Shown: positions 1 through 11,827, counted from the first letter of the stretch. The stretch is DNA of 36,994 nucleotides from Pseudomonadota bacterium (GCA_034439715.1 JAWXAY010000098.1:1-36994), one strand, 5' to 3'. Notes: a model not told the origin generated them from the sequence alone. Translations and numbers: made by a program.

Positions 1-1926
1 ATTTAAATTTTTTCCTACGGTGGAAAGTATTTTTCCGCCGTGAGACTCGACCAAGTCTTTGGCCTGGTCTCTTTTCACTGGCAAAGTGCCCGTAACTAAA
101 AAGGATTTGTTAGACAACGCCTTGCTCGCAAGGACCCGCGCCTTTTCAAATACCAAGTGCTTAATGGTCCTGTGGGTGTCGTCAATAAAGACCTTCGTTT
201 TTAGCGCGTTTAAAATTGAAGTGGCAACTCGAGGACCAATGCCAGAAATTTCTAAAAGCTCTTCCTCAGTGGTTTTTTCAAACAGCTCAAAAGTTTTAAA
301 ATGATGGGCCAAATCTTTTGCGGTCTGCTCGCCGACGAAGCGAATTCCAAGGGCAAAAACAAATCTCGCTAATGTTGACTGTCGACTTTTTTCAATACTC
401 GCTAAAAGATTTTCGACAGACTTTTCACCCTTGCGCTCAAGAGCCATAAGCGCTTCGCGCTTCAATTTATAGATATCAGAAAAAGAATGAACCAGTCCGA
501 CGTCTACTAGCTGTTCAATTTGTTTTTCTCCCAATTTATCCACATTCATTGCGCGCCGACTTACAAAGTGCTTAAGGGATTCTTTAAGTCGAGCTGGGCA
601 GAGTGAGTTTATGCATCGAGAAATAACTTCACCCTCCTCTTTGTTTGTTAGGGAATTACAGGCCGGGCATTTTTTTGGAATTTCATATTTCACAGACTTC
701 TTTGGTCTTTTGTCTAAAAGCACCGAGACAATCTCAGGTATCACATCACCCGCGCGCTGAATAACAACGGAATCTCCCACGCGCACATCCTTACGATCAA
801 TTTCATCTTGGTTGTGAAGGGTAGCATGTATGATAGTTACTCCCCCCACCTTTACAGGCGCCATAATCGCTACTGGAGTAAGTGCGCCGGTTCTGCCAAC
901 TTGTACAATAATTTCATTAACGCGAGTAATGGCCTGCTCCGGCTGAAACTTTGCTGCCACCGCCCAACGGGGGCTGCGCGCGACAAACCCCAAAGAGTCT
1001 TGAAGATCAAGTTCGTTAATTTTCACAACGATGCCATCAATATCAAATGGTAAATCATGTCGAAGGCTTTCTACAAAATTGTAGTAGTCGATGACCTCTT
1101 CGATATTCTGGCAGAGTCGAGGTGAGGCCTTTCCGCCCTCCCGAGAGTCAAGCCCCGGCAACCCCAAATCTTTAAAAGCAGTTTCTATTTCTAGCTGAGT
1201 TTTATAATTAGTTCCCTCGCTTGCTCCTAGCGCGTAAGCAAACATCTTCAATGGCCGTTGGGCAGCAACACGAGAATCGAGCTGTCGAATGGTCCCTGCC
1301 GCTGCATTTCGAGGATTGGCAAAAGTCAGCTGACCGTCTTCTTGAAGCGCTTCATTAAAGTTCTTGAAGTCTTCTTTATAAATTAATATTTCACCGCGTA
1401 CTTCTAAAAGTTTAGGTGGATTTTTAGAATGAAGCCGGAGCGGGATTGATTTGATTGTTTTAACATTCGCAAGAACATTTTCTCCCACGAGGCCGTCTCC
1501 ACGAGTCAGCGCCCCAGTGAGTAACCCATTCTCATAGATTAGTTCAATGGCAAGTCCGTCAAACTTAGGCTCGCAAAGATAATGAAATTTAACATCCCTG
1601 TTATCTAACAACTTAAGTATCCGTTGGTGGAACTCTACTAGCTCCTCAGTGTTGTAGGAGTTTTGCAGAGACAACATGGGAGTGCGGTGACGGAGCTTTT
1701 CAAATTTACCTAAAGGTGTGCCGCCAACCCTCTGGGTGGGTGAGTCAGGAGTTAATAATTCAGGATGTTTTTCTTCGAGAGATCGAAGTTCGCTTAACAG
1801 ATCATCGTAGGCCTTATCTGAAATGATAGGGCGATCAAGTACGTGATAACGATAATCATGTCCATTAAGCTCTTCACAGAGGGCTTTAATTTTTTTAGTC
1901 AGCAGAACTTGTTGAGAAGACTTCAC
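1..1926 (-). CDS. ligA: NAD-dependent DNA ligase (3' end runs off window)
   Basis: Not in the ORF track because it has no stop in the window. Read by hand from GTG at 1926: MKSSQQVLLTKKIKALCEELNGHDYRYHVLDRPIISDKAYD..., adenylation motif EPKFDGLA (~1550-1575), BRCT-like SFLVTGTLP near base 90. Confidence 0.96.
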   Translation of the reverse strand, partial: MKSSQQVLLTKKIKALCEELNGHDYRYHVLDRPIISDKAYDDLLSELRSLEEKHPELLTPDSPTQRVGGTPLGKFEKLRHRTPMLSLQNSYNTEELVEFHQRILKLLDNRDVKFHYLCEPKFDGLAIELIYENGLLTGALTRGDGLVGENVLANVKTIKSIPLRLHSKNPPKLLEVRGEILIYKEDFKNFNEALQEDGQLTFANPRNAAAGTIRQLDSRVAAQRPLKMFAYALGASEGTNYKTQLEIETAFKDLGLPGLDSREGGKASPRLCQNIEEVIDYYNFVESLRHDLPFDIDGIVVKINELDLQDSLGFVARSPRWAVAAKFQPEQAITRVNEIIVQVGRTGALTPVAIMAPVKVGGVTIIHATLHNQDEIDRKDVRVGDSVVIQRAGDVIPEIVSVLLDKRPKKSVKYEIPKKCPACNSLTNKEEGEVISRCINSLCPARLKESLKHFVSRRAMNVDKLGEKQIEQLVDVGLVHSFSDIYKLKREALMALERKGEKSVENLLASIEKSRQSTLARFVFALGIRFVGEQTAKDLAHHFKTFELFEKTTEEELLEISGIGPRVATSILNALKTKVFIDDTHRTIKHLVFEKARVLASKALSNKSFLVTGTLPVKRDQAKDLVESHGGKILSTVGKNLN

Positions 1927-2043
1927 TCTCTTGGTCTAACCAAAACTATCTCAACAGACAAGGATAACGCCAAGCAAAAACATTAGCTAAAGGGGATAAA
2001 GAAAAAGTAAGATCCACTCTAAGTAAATAATTGGGGGTATTTT

Positions 2044-2328
2044 GTGATCACAGAGGCCAAGGTCCAAGAAATTGCTAAATTAGCACAACTGAAGCTCACG
2101 CCAGAAGAAGTGAAGCTTTTTTCAGAGCAACTTAAGCCCGTGATTGAGTATTTCGATAGATTGTCTAAAGTAGATACCGCAAAATACGAGCCATTGGCCA
2201 CTCCAACCGACATTAAATTTCGCGAACGAGAGGACGTATTCAAGCCTTTTGCTCAAGCGGTCGAGAGAGTATTGGCGAATGCGCCAGACAAGAAAAACAA
2301 TCTTTTTAAAGTACCCCCAGTCGTATAG
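2044..2328 (+). CDS. gatC: Asp/Glu-tRNA amidotransferase subunit C
   Basis: 94 aa, IAKLAQL...REDV...NAP...FKVPPV; directly upstream of gatA. Confidence 0.93.
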   Translation: MITEAKVQEIAKLAQLKLTPEEVKLFSEQLKPVIEYFDRLSKVDTAKYEPLATPTDIKFREREDVFKPFAQAVERVLANAPDKKNNLFKVPPVV

Positions 2329-2335
2329 GTGAATT

Positions 2336-3808
2336 ATGAAATTGCATACATTAAGTGTCAGTGCGATTGCCGCGAGCATTAAAAAAGGTGAGATCACTGC
2401 CGAAGCGGTAATGACGGCCCATCTTGATAGAATATCAAAATACGATGGAAATATTAATGCCTTCATCACAGTTAGCGAAAAGGCTATTGAAGAAGCGCGT
2501 GAAGTCGATAGTGCCCGAAAGAGTGGTAAAACCTTAGGAAGACTCGCGGGTGTGCCCGTGGCCGTTAAAGATATGCTCTGCACAGAGGGCATAAAAACCA
2601 CAGCCGCCTCAAAAATTTTAGCGAATTTTATACCGCCGTATTCTGCTACGGTCGTAGAACGACTAAAAAAAGAGGGTGCGATTGTTATCGGAAAAGCGAA
2701 TTGCGACGAGTTTGCGATGGGGTCAAGCAATGAAACATCCGCCTTTGGAAATGTAAAAAACCCCTGGAATACAAAATATGTTCCAGGCGGCTCGAGCGGT
2801 GGTTCTGCGGCTGCAGTTTCTGGGCAAATGGCGGCGGCAGCGATTGGCACAGATACTGGAGGTTCAATTCGTCAGCCGGCTAACTTTTGCGGGATTGTGG
2901 GAATTAAACCTACTTACGGCCGCGTGAGCCGCTTTGGAATTGTCGCGTTTGCCTCAAGTTTAGATCAGGCGGGTCCCATGGCCAAAAACGTTAAAGATTG
3001 CGCTTTAGTTTTGGAATCAATATCTGGCTTTGATGAAAAAGACTCAACGTCCGCACAAAACCAAGTGCCAAATTGGAGCGAAAAAACTTCAAGCAACGTC
3101 AAGGGACTAAAAATTGGTCTTCCTAAAGAATACTTTTCGGGAAAAATGGACGCCGACGTAAAGGCCCGCGTTGAAGAAACAATTGCAAAACTAAAATCAG
3201 CCGGAGCTATTATTGTTGATATTGAGCTGCCCTCAACCCCACATTGTATCGGAGTATATTATTTGGTATGCGCAAGTGAGGCCTCAAGTAATTTGGCCCG
3301 CTACGATGGAATTAGATACGGCTATCGGTATGGCGAGGGGAGCGAAAGACTTTCGCTTGAAGAGCTGTACTCTGAAACTAGGGGCCGTGGTTTTGGGTCC
3401 GAAGTAAAGCGGCGAATAATGATTGGCACTTATGCACTGAGTAGTGGTTATTACGATGCTTATTATTTAAAGGCTTGTCAGGTGCGACGAATGATTCGCG
3501 AAGAATTTTCAGAGGCATTCAGCAAGTGTGATGTGATTTTATCGCCTGTCACAACTTCGCCAGCATTTAAAATTGGCGAGCGCATTGAAGATCCGCTAAC
3601 CATGTATTTGAATGACATTTTTACCACCTCTGCAAATCTGGCGGGCGTACCTGGAATGAGTGTCCCCGTAGGTTTTTCGAAAGAGGGACTTCCTATCGGT
3701 GTACAATTGATGGGTCGACATTTCGATGAACAGACGCTTTTCAATGTGGGGCAATGTATTGAAGAAAACGTAAAAACTTCTAGGGAGTTGCCAGATGTCA
3801 TTCAATGA
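2336..3808 (+). CDS. gatA: Asp/Glu-tRNA amidotransferase subunit A
   Basis: Amidase signature [36 protein letters not shown]. Confidence 0.98.
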   Translation: MKLHTLSVSAIAASIKKGEITAEAVMTAHLDRISKYDGNINAFITVSEKAIEEAREVDSARKSGKTLGRLAGVPVAVKDMLCTEGIKTTAASKILANFIPPYSATVVERLKKEGAIVIGKANCDEFAMGSSNETSAFGNVKNPWNTKYVPGGSSGGSAAAVSGQMAAAAIGTDTGGSIRQPANFCGIVGIKPTYGRVSRFGIVAFASSLDQAGPMAKNVKDCALVLESISGFDEKDSTSAQNQVPNWSEKTSSNVKGLKIGLPKEYFSGKMDADVKARVEETIAKLKSAGAIIVDIELPSTPHCIGVYYLVCASEASSNLARYDGIRYGYRYGEGSERLSLEELYSETRGRGFGSEVKRRIMIGTYALSSGYYDAYYLKACQVRRMIREEFSEAFSKCDVILSPVTTSPAFKIGERIEDPLTMYLNDIFTTSANLAGVPGMSVPVGFSKEGLPIGVQLMGRHFDEQTLFNVGQCIEENVKTSRELPDVIQ

Positions 3809-5228
3809 TTATGAGCCAGTGATCGGCCTCGAAATTCATGCACAACTTTTAACTCAGAGTAAGTTGTTTTGCTCTTGCTCAACAGAGTTTGCTGCTCCCG
3901 ACAACGAAAATACCTGTCCTGTATGCACGGGAATGCCGGGCGCACTGCCGGTTTTAAACAAGAAGGCAGTGGAATTTGGTGTTAAAATCGGATTAGCTTT
4001 GAATTGTAAAGTTCAAGAAAAATCAGTTTTTGCTCGTAAAAATTATTTCTATCCCGATCTGCCCAAGGGGTATCAAATTTCTCAGTTCGAAAAACCAATT
4101 TGTGGACCTGGTTTTGTTGATATTAATGTCGATGGCGCTAAAAAAAGAATTGGGGTAACGCGAGCGCATCTCGAAGAAGATGCCGGCAAATCTGTACATC
4201 AGGGCGAGCACTCTTTGATAAATCTCAATCGAAGCTCCATGCCGCTAATGGAAATTGTTTCGGAGCCCGATCTGCGCTCGGCCCAGGAGGCGGCAGAGTA
4301 CGCACGCACAGTCAGACAACTTTTACGTTATATTGGCGCGTGTGACGGCAATTTAGAAGAGGGTTCACTTCGTTGTGATTGTAACGTGAGCGTGCGAAAA
4401 AAAGGCACTCAAAAATATGGTACTCGGGTTGAAATTAAAAATATTAACTCTTTTCGCTTCGTAGAGAAAGCCATTGAATATGAAATTCAAAGACAGATCG
4501 ACTGTCTGGGGTCCGGCGAATCCATAAAACAAGAAACTCGCCTTTGGGATGTCGATAAAAACAAAACTTTTTTGATGCGCTCTAAGGAAGAGGCGAATGA
4601 CTATAGATACTTTCCGGAGCCAGATCTTTTGCCACTAGAGGTTTCGCCAGAAAAAACCGCGCAAATTAAAAAAAGTTTACCGGAGCTTCCTTTCGAAAAA
4701 GTGGCCCGCTATCAAACAGAACATGGTCTTCCAGAGTATGATTCTCTTGTTCTAACTCAAGAGCGGGAAATTGCCGAGTACTTTGAGGCGGTGGTTTTGG
4801 CGGGTGCCAATGCCAAGGTCGCTTCCAATTGGGTAATGGGCGAGCTTATGCGAGAACTAAATGAATCCAAAAAATCAATTGCGAGCTCTCCGATAAAGCC
4901 AAGCGCGCTAGCAGAACTGATCCAACTTATAGGTAACAATACGATCTCCGGAAAAATAGCTAAAACTGTTTTCGGAGAAATGTGGAAGAGTTCAAAATCA
5001 GCTGCGGAGATAGTTAAAGAAAAAGGACTGGTACAAATTAGCGACGCCGGGGCAATTGAAGCCGCGATCGATAAAATGCTGGGGAACAATCCTTCACAAG
5101 TGGCTGAATATCGAGGCGGTAAAATAAAACTGTTTGGCTTTTTTGTGGGCCAACTTATGAGAGAAACAAAGGGTCAGGCTAATCCCGAGATGGCCAATCA
5201 ACTCCTCATGAAGAAACTAAAAGGATAG
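3795..5228 (+). CDS. gatB: Asp/Glu-tRNA amidotransferase subunit B
   Basis: [44 protein letters not shown]. Confidence 0.98.
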   Translation: MSFNDYEPVIGLEIHAQLLTQSKLFCSCSTEFAAPDNENTCPVCTGMPGALPVLNKKAVEFGVKIGLALNCKVQEKSVFARKNYFYPDLPKGYQISQFEKPICGPGFVDINVDGAKKRIGVTRAHLEEDAGKSVHQGEHSLINLNRSSMPLMEIVSEPDLRSAQEAAEYARTVRQLLRYIGACDGNLEEGSLRCDCNVSVRKKGTQKYGTRVEIKNINSFRFVEKAIEYEIQRQIDCLGSGESIKQETRLWDVDKNKTFLMRSKEEANDYRYFPEPDLLPLEVSPEKTAQIKKSLPELPFEKVARYQTEHGLPEYDSLVLTQEREIAEYFEAVVLAGANAKVASNWVMGELMRELNESKKSIASSPIKPSALAELIQLIGNNTISGKIAKTVFGEMWKSSKSAAEIVKEKGLVQISDAGAIEAAIDKMLGNNPSQVAEYRGGKIKLFGFFVGQLMRETKGQANPEMANQLLMKKLKG

Positions 5229-5231
5229 CAA

Positions 5232-6149
5232 TTGCGTGTGGCTGGCATCGACCTAGGGTCAAATACTTTTCTCTGCCTTATTGTCGATATAGTTGACGGT
5301 AAAATTCAAAAAACGCTTTATGATGAAGTGCGCGTGGTGCGTCTCGGGCAAAATCTTTTTGAATCCAAAAAGTTTCACCCAGCCGCTCTTAAGCGAGCCG
5401 ACGAATGTCTGGCCACCTATTCTGAGAATATAAAAAAGTATAATGTAGAAAAAATTTTTGCAGTAGCAACGAGTGCCGCTCGAGATGCCGAAAACAAAGA
5501 CGAACTATTTAAAATTGGCCTTCAGCACAATATTCCAATTAAAATTATCGATGGCAAAACAGAGGCTCAGGTCACATATATAGGCTCAACGGTAGGAGTC
5601 AGTGAGAGCGAAAGTGTAGCGGTTATTGATGTTGGTGGTGGTTCGACAGAGGTGGTGTGCAAAGATTCCGGTGGGCAATTTATAAAACACAGTTTTAATT
5701 TGGGATGTGTGCGCCTCACCGAAAAATTTATTTCAAAAGACCCCATCAGTAAAACTGAACTTGATAACCTTAAATGCTTTATTGAAAATAGCATTTCGGA
5801 AAAATCTGATTTATTAAAAAAAATGCACCCAATGCGAATTATTGCCGTGGCCGGCACGCCTACCACTTTGGCAGATATTTTGTTGGGTGGTGGTTTTGAT
5901 CAAGAAAAAATCGATAACTATTTCATCTCGTGTGAGTTGCTGGTTGAGTGGATTGAGCGACTCTCTCAATTATCAAACCATGAGCGGCTTAGTATTAAAG
6001 GCATGGCAAGAGGCAGAGAAGATGTGATTGTCTCAGGTTTAGTGATCCTCTCAGAGCTTGTGAAAGTCCTTGGCCTAGAAGGGATCTTTGTATCTACTAA
6101 GGGTGTTCGCTACGGCGTTGCCATTGAGGGGTATCGTGGCAAGCTCTAG
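5232..6149 (+). CDS. ppx: Ppx/GppA family phosphatase (short form)
   Basis: IDLGSNT, ATSAARDAEN, IDVGGGSTE, LGCVRLTE ASKHA motifs. Confidence 0.9.
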   Translation: MRVAGIDLGSNTFLCLIVDIVDGKIQKTLYDEVRVVRLGQNLFESKKFHPAALKRADECLATYSENIKKYNVEKIFAVATSAARDAENKDELFKIGLQHNIPIKIIDGKTEAQVTYIGSTVGVSESESVAVIDVGGGSTEVVCKDSGGQFIKHSFNLGCVRLTEKFISKDPISKTELDNLKCFIENSISEKSDLLKKMHPMRIIAVAGTPTTLADILLGGGFDQEKIDNYFISCELLVEWIERLSQLSNHERLSIKGMARGREDVIVSGLVILSELVKVLGLEGIFVSTKGVRYGVAIEGYRGKL

Positions 6150-6591
6150 ATTAATTTTAGTTTTTACTCTTATTTGTTTTAGCGCGCTGAGCGCAGAAAA
6201 CATAAAGTTTGAAAGACAGAAAATCATTGTAGCTCACAAAACCATAGAAGTTGAGCTTGCCGACACTCCCGAAAAACTTGCCCGCGGGTTGATGGATAGA
6301 ACCAATTTGGCAGCTAATGAGGGAATGCTTTTTGTCTTTTCTGACGAACAGGTAAGAACATTTTGGATGAAAAACACCTACATTCCTTTGGCGATTGGGT
6401 TTTTTGACAAAGAGAAAAATCTTGTCGATAGTCAAGAAATGGCACCGATTAAAAGTAGCGTTGAGATTCCAAAAACTTATCAAAGTAAAAAACCAGCCAA
6501 ATATGTATTGGAAATGAACAAGGGATGGTTTAGCAAAAATAAAATTCCATTAAAATCCAAATTCTCCTTCGTAAAAAAGTCTAGTCTTTAG
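6136..6591 (+). CDS. DUF192 domain exported protein
   Basis: VELADT...RGLM...GMLFVF...FWMKNTYIPL...YVLEMNKG; GTG start at 6136 chosen after GAGGGG. Confidence 0.88.
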   Translation: MASSRLILVFTLICFSALSAENIKFERQKIIVAHKTIEVELADTPEKLARGLMDRTNLAANEGMLFVFSDEQVRTFWMKNTYIPLAIGFFDKEKNLVDSQEMAPIKSSVEIPKTYQSKKPAKYVLEMNKGWFSKNKIPLKSKFSFVKKSSL

Positions 6592-6733
6592 CTCCTAAGA
6601 CCTGGCCCTAAGTCGAAATTTTTTTTTTCTAGATTAAGGTCTAGCGACTATCATTGAAAAAGTTTTCTTGTTCGGCCGATTATGTTGTAATGAAAGAGTT
6701 AGGGAAATAGATACAGAAACTGAGGATATACTT

Positions 6734-8023
6734 ATGTTAAAACGTCTTCTACTGCTAATAGCGTTAGTTTACACCTTGTCACTTTTGGCGGGATGCTCTT
6801 CGAGCGATTCTGCTGAAGAAGGAACTGAGGCTGCGGCCGCAACAGAAGAGTCTGGCGGCGAAGAAAAAGCTGAGGAAACCGAATCAGAAGACAGTAGCGA
6901 AGAGGCAGATACGGAAGAGAGCGAAGACGGTGAGGAAGTTGCCGGTGACGAGAGCGAAGAAGGTGAAGAAGGCGAAGAAGGCGAAGAGGGCGATTCCGAG
7001 GAGACTGCCTCAAAAGACGAAGAAGAAGAAGAGGAAGACGAGGAAGAAGAAGAGGACGTTGCCGACGTTGGAGACGAAGAAGATGCGGCTGAGCCAAAAA
7101 CAGAAGTTAAAGACGAACCCGCCACCGAAGTGGCCGATGCAAAGCCGACAGAGCCTACCGCTGACCCCACATTTAGTGAATCGGCTGCGAATGAGACGCC
7201 CGCAATGGATACCGCCCCAGGATTTGTGCCAGTTAAGAAAATTAAAGATACCCCCTATAAAGTTGGAGGAGTGTTAGCAAATTCAGTTTATCTTGCTCGC
7301 CCGGGAGACTCAGCAGAGTCTATCAGTCAAAAAATATATGGAACCGACAAATCAGAAGACATATTTACGGTTAACCCAAATCTCAGAAAAGGTATAAAAA
7401 CAGGAGACAAAGTTTATTATAACTCGCCTCAACGTCCCACCGACGACACAAAAATGATGGTATATTATGAAGACGCGGGAATTGCGCCCCAAATGTATAC
7501 CGCTACAGAGGGTGACAACATACGGAAAACTTCGAAAGAACTGCTTTCTGGTGATGATAATAGTTGGAAAGAAGTTTGGTCGACAAATATGGATGTCGAA
7601 TCTAAGGGTGAATTAGCTGTAGGCACTCAGTTAAGATATTGGCCCGCAGGCGCGGCTCCTCAACAGGCGCCACCACCGAGCGAGCCTCCGCCGCAACAAA
7701 TTGCCGAAGTTGCTCCTCCTCCGCCCCCAGCAGATATTCCGCCCCCGCCTCCGGCTAGTGATTTTCCGAGTGATGTTGTTGCGAATACAAATTCTTCGCA
7801 AGACAATATAGATATTCCCCCGCCACCACCTCAGGCGCCACCCCCACCAGAACCACTGCGCTCGGCGAAAAAAGCCGAAGGCACTTCAATTGCTAGCTTA
7901 ATGGAAGATCCTCAAAACATGATGATTATAGGCGGAGCTGTCTTCGCGATTATAGCTCTAGTAGGAATTGCTTTTACTAGAAAGCGAAGATCTCGAATCG
8001 ATTTTGGTCAAACGCAGGTTTAA
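6734..8023 (+). CDS. Lipoprotein with acidic linker, LysM-like domains, Pro-rich linker and C-terminal TM helix
   Basis: ATG 6734 after GAGG; lipobox LLAGC; Glu/Asp-rich tract; YLARPGDSAESISQKIYG...NP LysM-like segment; poly-Pro; hydrophobic IIGGAVFAIIALVGIAF followed by RKRR. Confidence 0.75.
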   Translation: MLKRLLLLIALVYTLSLLAGCSSSDSAEEGTEAAAATEESGGEEKAEETESEDSSEEADTEESEDGEEVAGDESEEGEEGEEGEEGDSEETASKDEEEEEEDEEEEEDVADVGDEEDAAEPKTEVKDEPATEVADAKPTEPTADPTFSESAANETPAMDTAPGFVPVKKIKDTPYKVGGVLANSVYLARPGDSAESISQKIYGTDKSEDIFTVNPNLRKGIKTGDKVYYNSPQRPTDDTKMMVYYEDAGIAPQMYTATEGDNIRKTSKELLSGDDNSWKEVWSTNMDVESKGELAVGTQLRYWPAGAAPQQAPPPSEPPPQQIAEVAPPPPPADIPPPPPASDFPSDVVANTNSSQDNIDIPPPPPQAPPPPEPLRSAKKAEGTSIASLMEDPQNMMIIGGAVFAIIALVGIAFTRKRRSRIDFGQTQV

Positions 8024-8388
8024 GATATCTTTTTAAAAATTGTATCCAATACGTCTTTTCGACCATCACGAGAGACGCTCACGAAATACATTAAGTCGTC
8101 GACAATTTGCACGTCACGATTATTAGTAGGCTCAAATTTAATACCAATGCCGCTTGTTCCCGCCCAAATTACCCGGGCGGCAATTTTTCGTTTTCTGCCA
8201 CTGACTTGAAAAACCACCATGAGTTTGTCTCTAGGATTCAACGATTCGTTAATTTCCAGAAAAGCGCCCGTAATGCTGATGTTTTTCAAAACACCTTGGG
8301 TAGATTGTCGGGAATAGCTTTTTCTGTATTCTATATCGACGTATAAGGGAATCCTGCTTGCGGGCTTGCTGTCTGTCATTGTATCCAT
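8020..8388 (-). CDS. PilZ-domain protein
   Basis: NISITGAF (D/NxSxxG motif), ARVIW...GIGIKF; RxxxR is degenerate (PASRIP). Confidence 0.85.
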   Translation of the reverse strand: MDTMTDSKPASRIPLYVDIEYRKSYSRQSTQGVLKNISITGAFLEINESLNPRDKLMVVFQVSGRKRKIAARVIWAGTSGIGIKFEPTNNRDVQIVDDLMYFVSVSRDGRKDVLDTIFKKIS

Positions 8389-8536
8389 TTGAAACTCCTC
8401 ATCATAAATAACTGATCGGAAGTCTGGACCAAAGGTTTAGGACTTTTGTCCAAATGGTTCCGAAAAAGCATCAAATTGAGACACCTTCTTGAATTAAAAC
8501 GCTGTCGCAACGCAAAACAAGAGTGGGCAGGTCATA

Positions 8537-8565
8537 TTGACATTTGGTGCCAATTATCGAATACT
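8537..8565 (+). promoter_or_regulatory. Putative sigma70 promoter of rho
   Basis: TTGACA-17 nt-AATACT, about 125 bp upstream of the rho start. Confidence 0.5.
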
Positions 8566-8691
8566 AGTCTTAAGTCTTTATGTATATCCTAAGTCAAAAG
8601 ACAATCGAAAAAGTTAAAGGAACCTAAAAATCCAAGTATTCTCAGAGTTTAACCCAGGCAATTTTGCTATTCCATAAGGAGAGGTACCGTC

Positions 8692-10350
8692 GTGGTAGAA
8701 AATGACCAGTCACCGCCTGTCGATAAAGCGGCAGATAAAGCGGCAGATAAATCAGTAGATAAAACAGAAAAATCCAGCAAAGAAGTTGAAAGCCAGGGAG
8801 TGGATTCGGGTCCTAAATCGGCCGAAAGCGATGACCGCGGAAGGCGACATAGTGGTGGTGGTGGCGGCGGAAGGCCCTATCGCCCTATGGATAATCGAAA
8901 ATTTCAACAGAACAGAAACAATCGGCCTCAGCATGGTCGATATGAAAAACGCCCCCATAATGGCCCATCAAGGGATACTAGAGACGCCAGGGATGACGGC
9001 GGCTTTCAGGGCGAAGATATGAATCGACAAGAGTCCTCTCACCAACCAGAAATTACTGAAGAGCAGTTGGCGAAGATTACGCTTTCACCCGAAGAGCGAA
9101 ATGACTTACGTTCAAAAAACTTAAAACGTAAGCGCATTGAAGAACTAACAGTTGTGGCCAATAAACTCTTAATTGAAAATGCCGCAGGTCTTCGTCGTCA
9201 AGAACTCGTATTCGAAATTCTCAAGCGCGCGGCTAAACTAGGAGATATTTTTGGTGATGGCGTACTAGAAATCCTTCCTGATGGGTACGGGTTCTTAAGG
9301 TCTCCGGACTATAATTATTTGCCAGGGCCAGATGATATTTATGTCAGTCCCTCACAAATCAGAAAATTCGGACTTCGCACCGGTGACACAATTAGCGGAA
9401 CGGTGCGCCCGCCAAAAGAAGGAGAGAGGTACTTTGCCCTATTAAAAGTAGACTCGCTAAATTTCGAACAGACCGAAAAAGCCAAAGATAAAATTTTATT
9501 CGACAACCTAACGCCTTTATATCCTCAGGAACGACTCAAATTAGAGTGGCGACCAGATGACTATACGACACGAGTCGTAGATTTAATGGCGCCAATTGGA
9601 AAGGGTCAAAGATGTTTAATCGTTGCTCCCCCAAGAACGGGTAAAACAGTTTTGTTGCAGAATATTGCCAATGCGATCGCCAATAATCATCCCGAAGTGA
9701 CATTGATCGTACTCTTGATTGACGAACGACCTGAAGAAGTCACAGACATGGCCAGAAATGTTAAGGGCGAAGTAATTAGCTCTACATTTGATGAGCCACC
9801 AGGTCGGCACGTGCAGGTGGCAGAAATGGTCATTGAAAAAGCGAAGCGCCTGGTGGAGCACAAACATGACGTTGTCATTTTGCTCGATTCTATCACCCGT
9901 TTGGCGAGAGCATATAATACTGTGGTGCCTCCCTCTGGGAAAATTCTATCGGGCGGTGTTGACTCCAATGCCCTTCATAAACCAAAAAGATTTTTTGGAG
10001 CAGCAAGGAATATTGAAGAAGGTGGTAGTTTAACTATTATTGCTACGGCATTGGTTGATACGGGTTCGCGCATGGACGAGGTTATTTTTGAGGAATTTAA
10101 AGGAACAGGTAATTCTGAAATTCACCTTGATCGCAAGCTAATGGAAAAACGAATTTTCCCTTGTATGGATATTAATAAATCCAGCACACGAAAAGAAGAA
10201 TTGCTCCTTAGTAAGGCAGATTTAAGTCGTATTTGGATCCTTCGCAAAGTTCTAGCACCTATGAATGTTGTGGATAGTATGGAGTTTTTGTTAGATAAAT
10301 TGCACGTTTCTAAGACGAATCCTGATTTTTTATCGAGCATGAACGGATAG
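8692..10350 (+). CDS. rho: Transcription termination factor Rho with N-terminal low-complexity extension
   Basis: [48 protein letters not shown]. Confidence 0.98.
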   Translation: MVENDQSPPVDKAADKAADKSVDKTEKSSKEVESQGVDSGPKSAESDDRGRRHSGGGGGGRPYRPMDNRKFQQNRNNRPQHGRYEKRPHNGPSRDTRDARDDGGFQGEDMNRQESSHQPEITEEQLAKITLSPEERNDLRSKNLKRKRIEELTVVANKLLIENAAGLRRQELVFEILKRAAKLGDIFGDGVLEILPDGYGFLRSPDYNYLPGPDDIYVSPSQIRKFGLRTGDTISGTVRPPKEGERYFALLKVDSLNFEQTEKAKDKILFDNLTPLYPQERLKLEWRPDDYTTRVVDLMAPIGKGQRCLIVAPPRTGKTVLLQNIANAIANNHPEVTLIVLLIDERPEEVTDMARNVKGEVISSTFDEPPGRHVQVAEMVIEKAKRLVEHKHDVVILLDSITRLARAYNTVVPPSGKILSGGVDSNALHKPKRFFGAARNIEEGGSLTIIATALVDTGSRMDEVIFEEFKGTGNSEIHLDRKLMEKRIFPCMDINKSSTRKEELLLSKADLSRIWILRKVLAPMNVVDSMEFLLDKLHVSKTNPDFLSSMNG

Positions 10351-10515
10351 TAAATAATTGATATTACTTATCTAAAATGAACCGAGTAAATTTTGGCACA
10401 TTTGCCAAGCATTAAACTCCTAACTTGTGGAAATCCCGGTGGATAAATTGGGTCTCGACAATGCTTATACGGTATGCTAAATCCTCCTATTCTGATTATA
10501 TTTGGAGAAACCGCC

Positions 10516-10746
10516 ATGAAAGCCGAAATTCATCCCCCGTTTTATAATGATTGTGTTGTTACATGTGTTTGCGGAAACACTTTTAAAACCGGGTCGGTTA
10601 AGAAAGAAATAAAGACAGATATCTGTTCCGCCTGCCATCCATTTTTTACAGGTAAGCAGAAAATTTTAGATACTGAAGGGCGTATTGATCGATTCCGCAA
10701 AAAATACGCAAACGTTCCTTCCGCTGCTTCTAAAGCTAAAAAGTAA
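10516..10746 (+). CDS. rpmE: 50S ribosomal protein L31 (zinc-binding type)
   Basis: MKAEIHP...CVCGN...[13 protein letters not shown]...GRIDRF; ATG 10516 after GGAG. Confidence 0.96.
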   Translation: MKAEIHPPFYNDCVVTCVCGNTFKTGSVKKEIKTDICSACHPFFTGKQKILDTEGRIDRFRKKYANVPSAASKAKK

Positions 10747-10753
10747 AGCCCCC

Positions 10754-11827
10754 ATGTTTAAGAAATTAGACGACGTTGAGCTTAGGTACTCGCGTCTGCA
10801 GGATCAATTGCAGGATCCTAAGACGGCAAGTGATGTTGCTAAGCTTTCGGCCGGCTTAAAAGAAAATTCGGAGCTCACCCCCATAGTCGAGACCTATCGA
10901 CTCTATAAAAAAACAATGGCGGAAATCGCATCTAGCAGAGAGATCTTAGAAAACGAAAAGGATGAGGGCCTAAGAGACCTTGCAAAAGAGGAACTCTCAA
11001 GTCTACAAGCGGTTCTGTGGCAAACTGAGGACCAGCTAAAAAAGCTCTTGATCCCAAAAGATCCTAATGACGATAAAAACATTATTTTAGAAATTCGCGC
11101 CGGAGCAGGTGGCGACGAGGCGAGCCTTTTTGCTGAAGAGTTATTTAGCGGTTATATGCATTATGCTAATCGCTACAAGTGGAAGGTCGAAGTACTGTCA
11201 GTCTCCTACGGAAATGTGGGTGGCTACAAAGAGATAATAGCAATGATCATGGGTGAAAAAGTTTACTGTCGCCTAAAGTTTGAAAGCGGTGTTCATCGTG
11301 TTCAGCGTGTACCTAAAACTGAAAATCAAGGCAGAATCCACACCTCAACAATTACTGTAGCAGTTTTGCCGGAGGCAGAAGAGGTAGACATTAAAGTTGA
11401 CCAAAAAGAAATACGTATCGATGTTTTTCGATCTAGCGGAAAAGGAGGTCAAAGCGTTAATACTACCGACTCTGCCGTGCGAATTACCTATTTACCTACG
11501 GGAATGATTGTCAGCTGCCAAGATGAAAAATCACAATTAAAAAATAAAGAAAAGGCAATGAAGGTACTGCTTTCTCGATTGCTCGCGATAGAAAAAGAAA
11601 AAGCTCAAAAGAACGCTTCTGATGCTAGGCTAGCACAAATCGGTACAGGCGATCGTTCAGAACGTATTCGGACATATAACTTTCCACAATCGCGTATTAC
11701 CGACCATCGAATCGGTCTTACCGTTCATAATATTAATGAGGTTGTTGCGGGTGACTTGGATGGTCTCATTGAACCACTTTTGGCTCACCACCAAGCTGAA
11801 TCCTTAAAAGCCGCCGAGAACATATGA
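10754..11827 (+). CDS. prfA: Peptide chain release factor 1
   Basis: PKT RF1 specificity motif (VQRVPKTE), GGQ motif, RIRTYNFPQ; ATG 10754. Confidence 0.97.
   Translation: MFKKLDDVELRYSRLQDQLQDPKTASDVAKLSAGLKENSELTPIVETYRLYKKTMAEIASSREILENEKDEGLRDLAKEELSSLQAVLWQTEDQLKKLLIPKDPNDDKNIILEIRAGAGGDEASLFAEELFSGYMHYANRYKWKVEVLSVSYGNVGGYKEIIAMIMGEKVYCRLKFESGVHRVQRVPKTENQGRIHTSTITVAVLPEAEEVDIKVDQKEIRIDVFRSSGKGGQSVNTTDSAVRITYLPTGMIVSCQDEKSQLKNKEKAMKVLLSRLLAIEKEKAQKNASDARLAQIGTGDRSERIRTYNFPQSRITDHRIGLTVHNINEVVAGDLDGLIEPLLAHHQAESLKAAENI

Noticed and set aside
59..1053. Plus-strand ORFs 59-304 and 808-1053
   Set aside because: Antisense to ligA.
6732..7277. Ser-, Leu/Arg- or Lys-rich alternative-frame ORFs
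   Set aside because: Shadows of the GAA-rich acidic tract of the lipoprotein.
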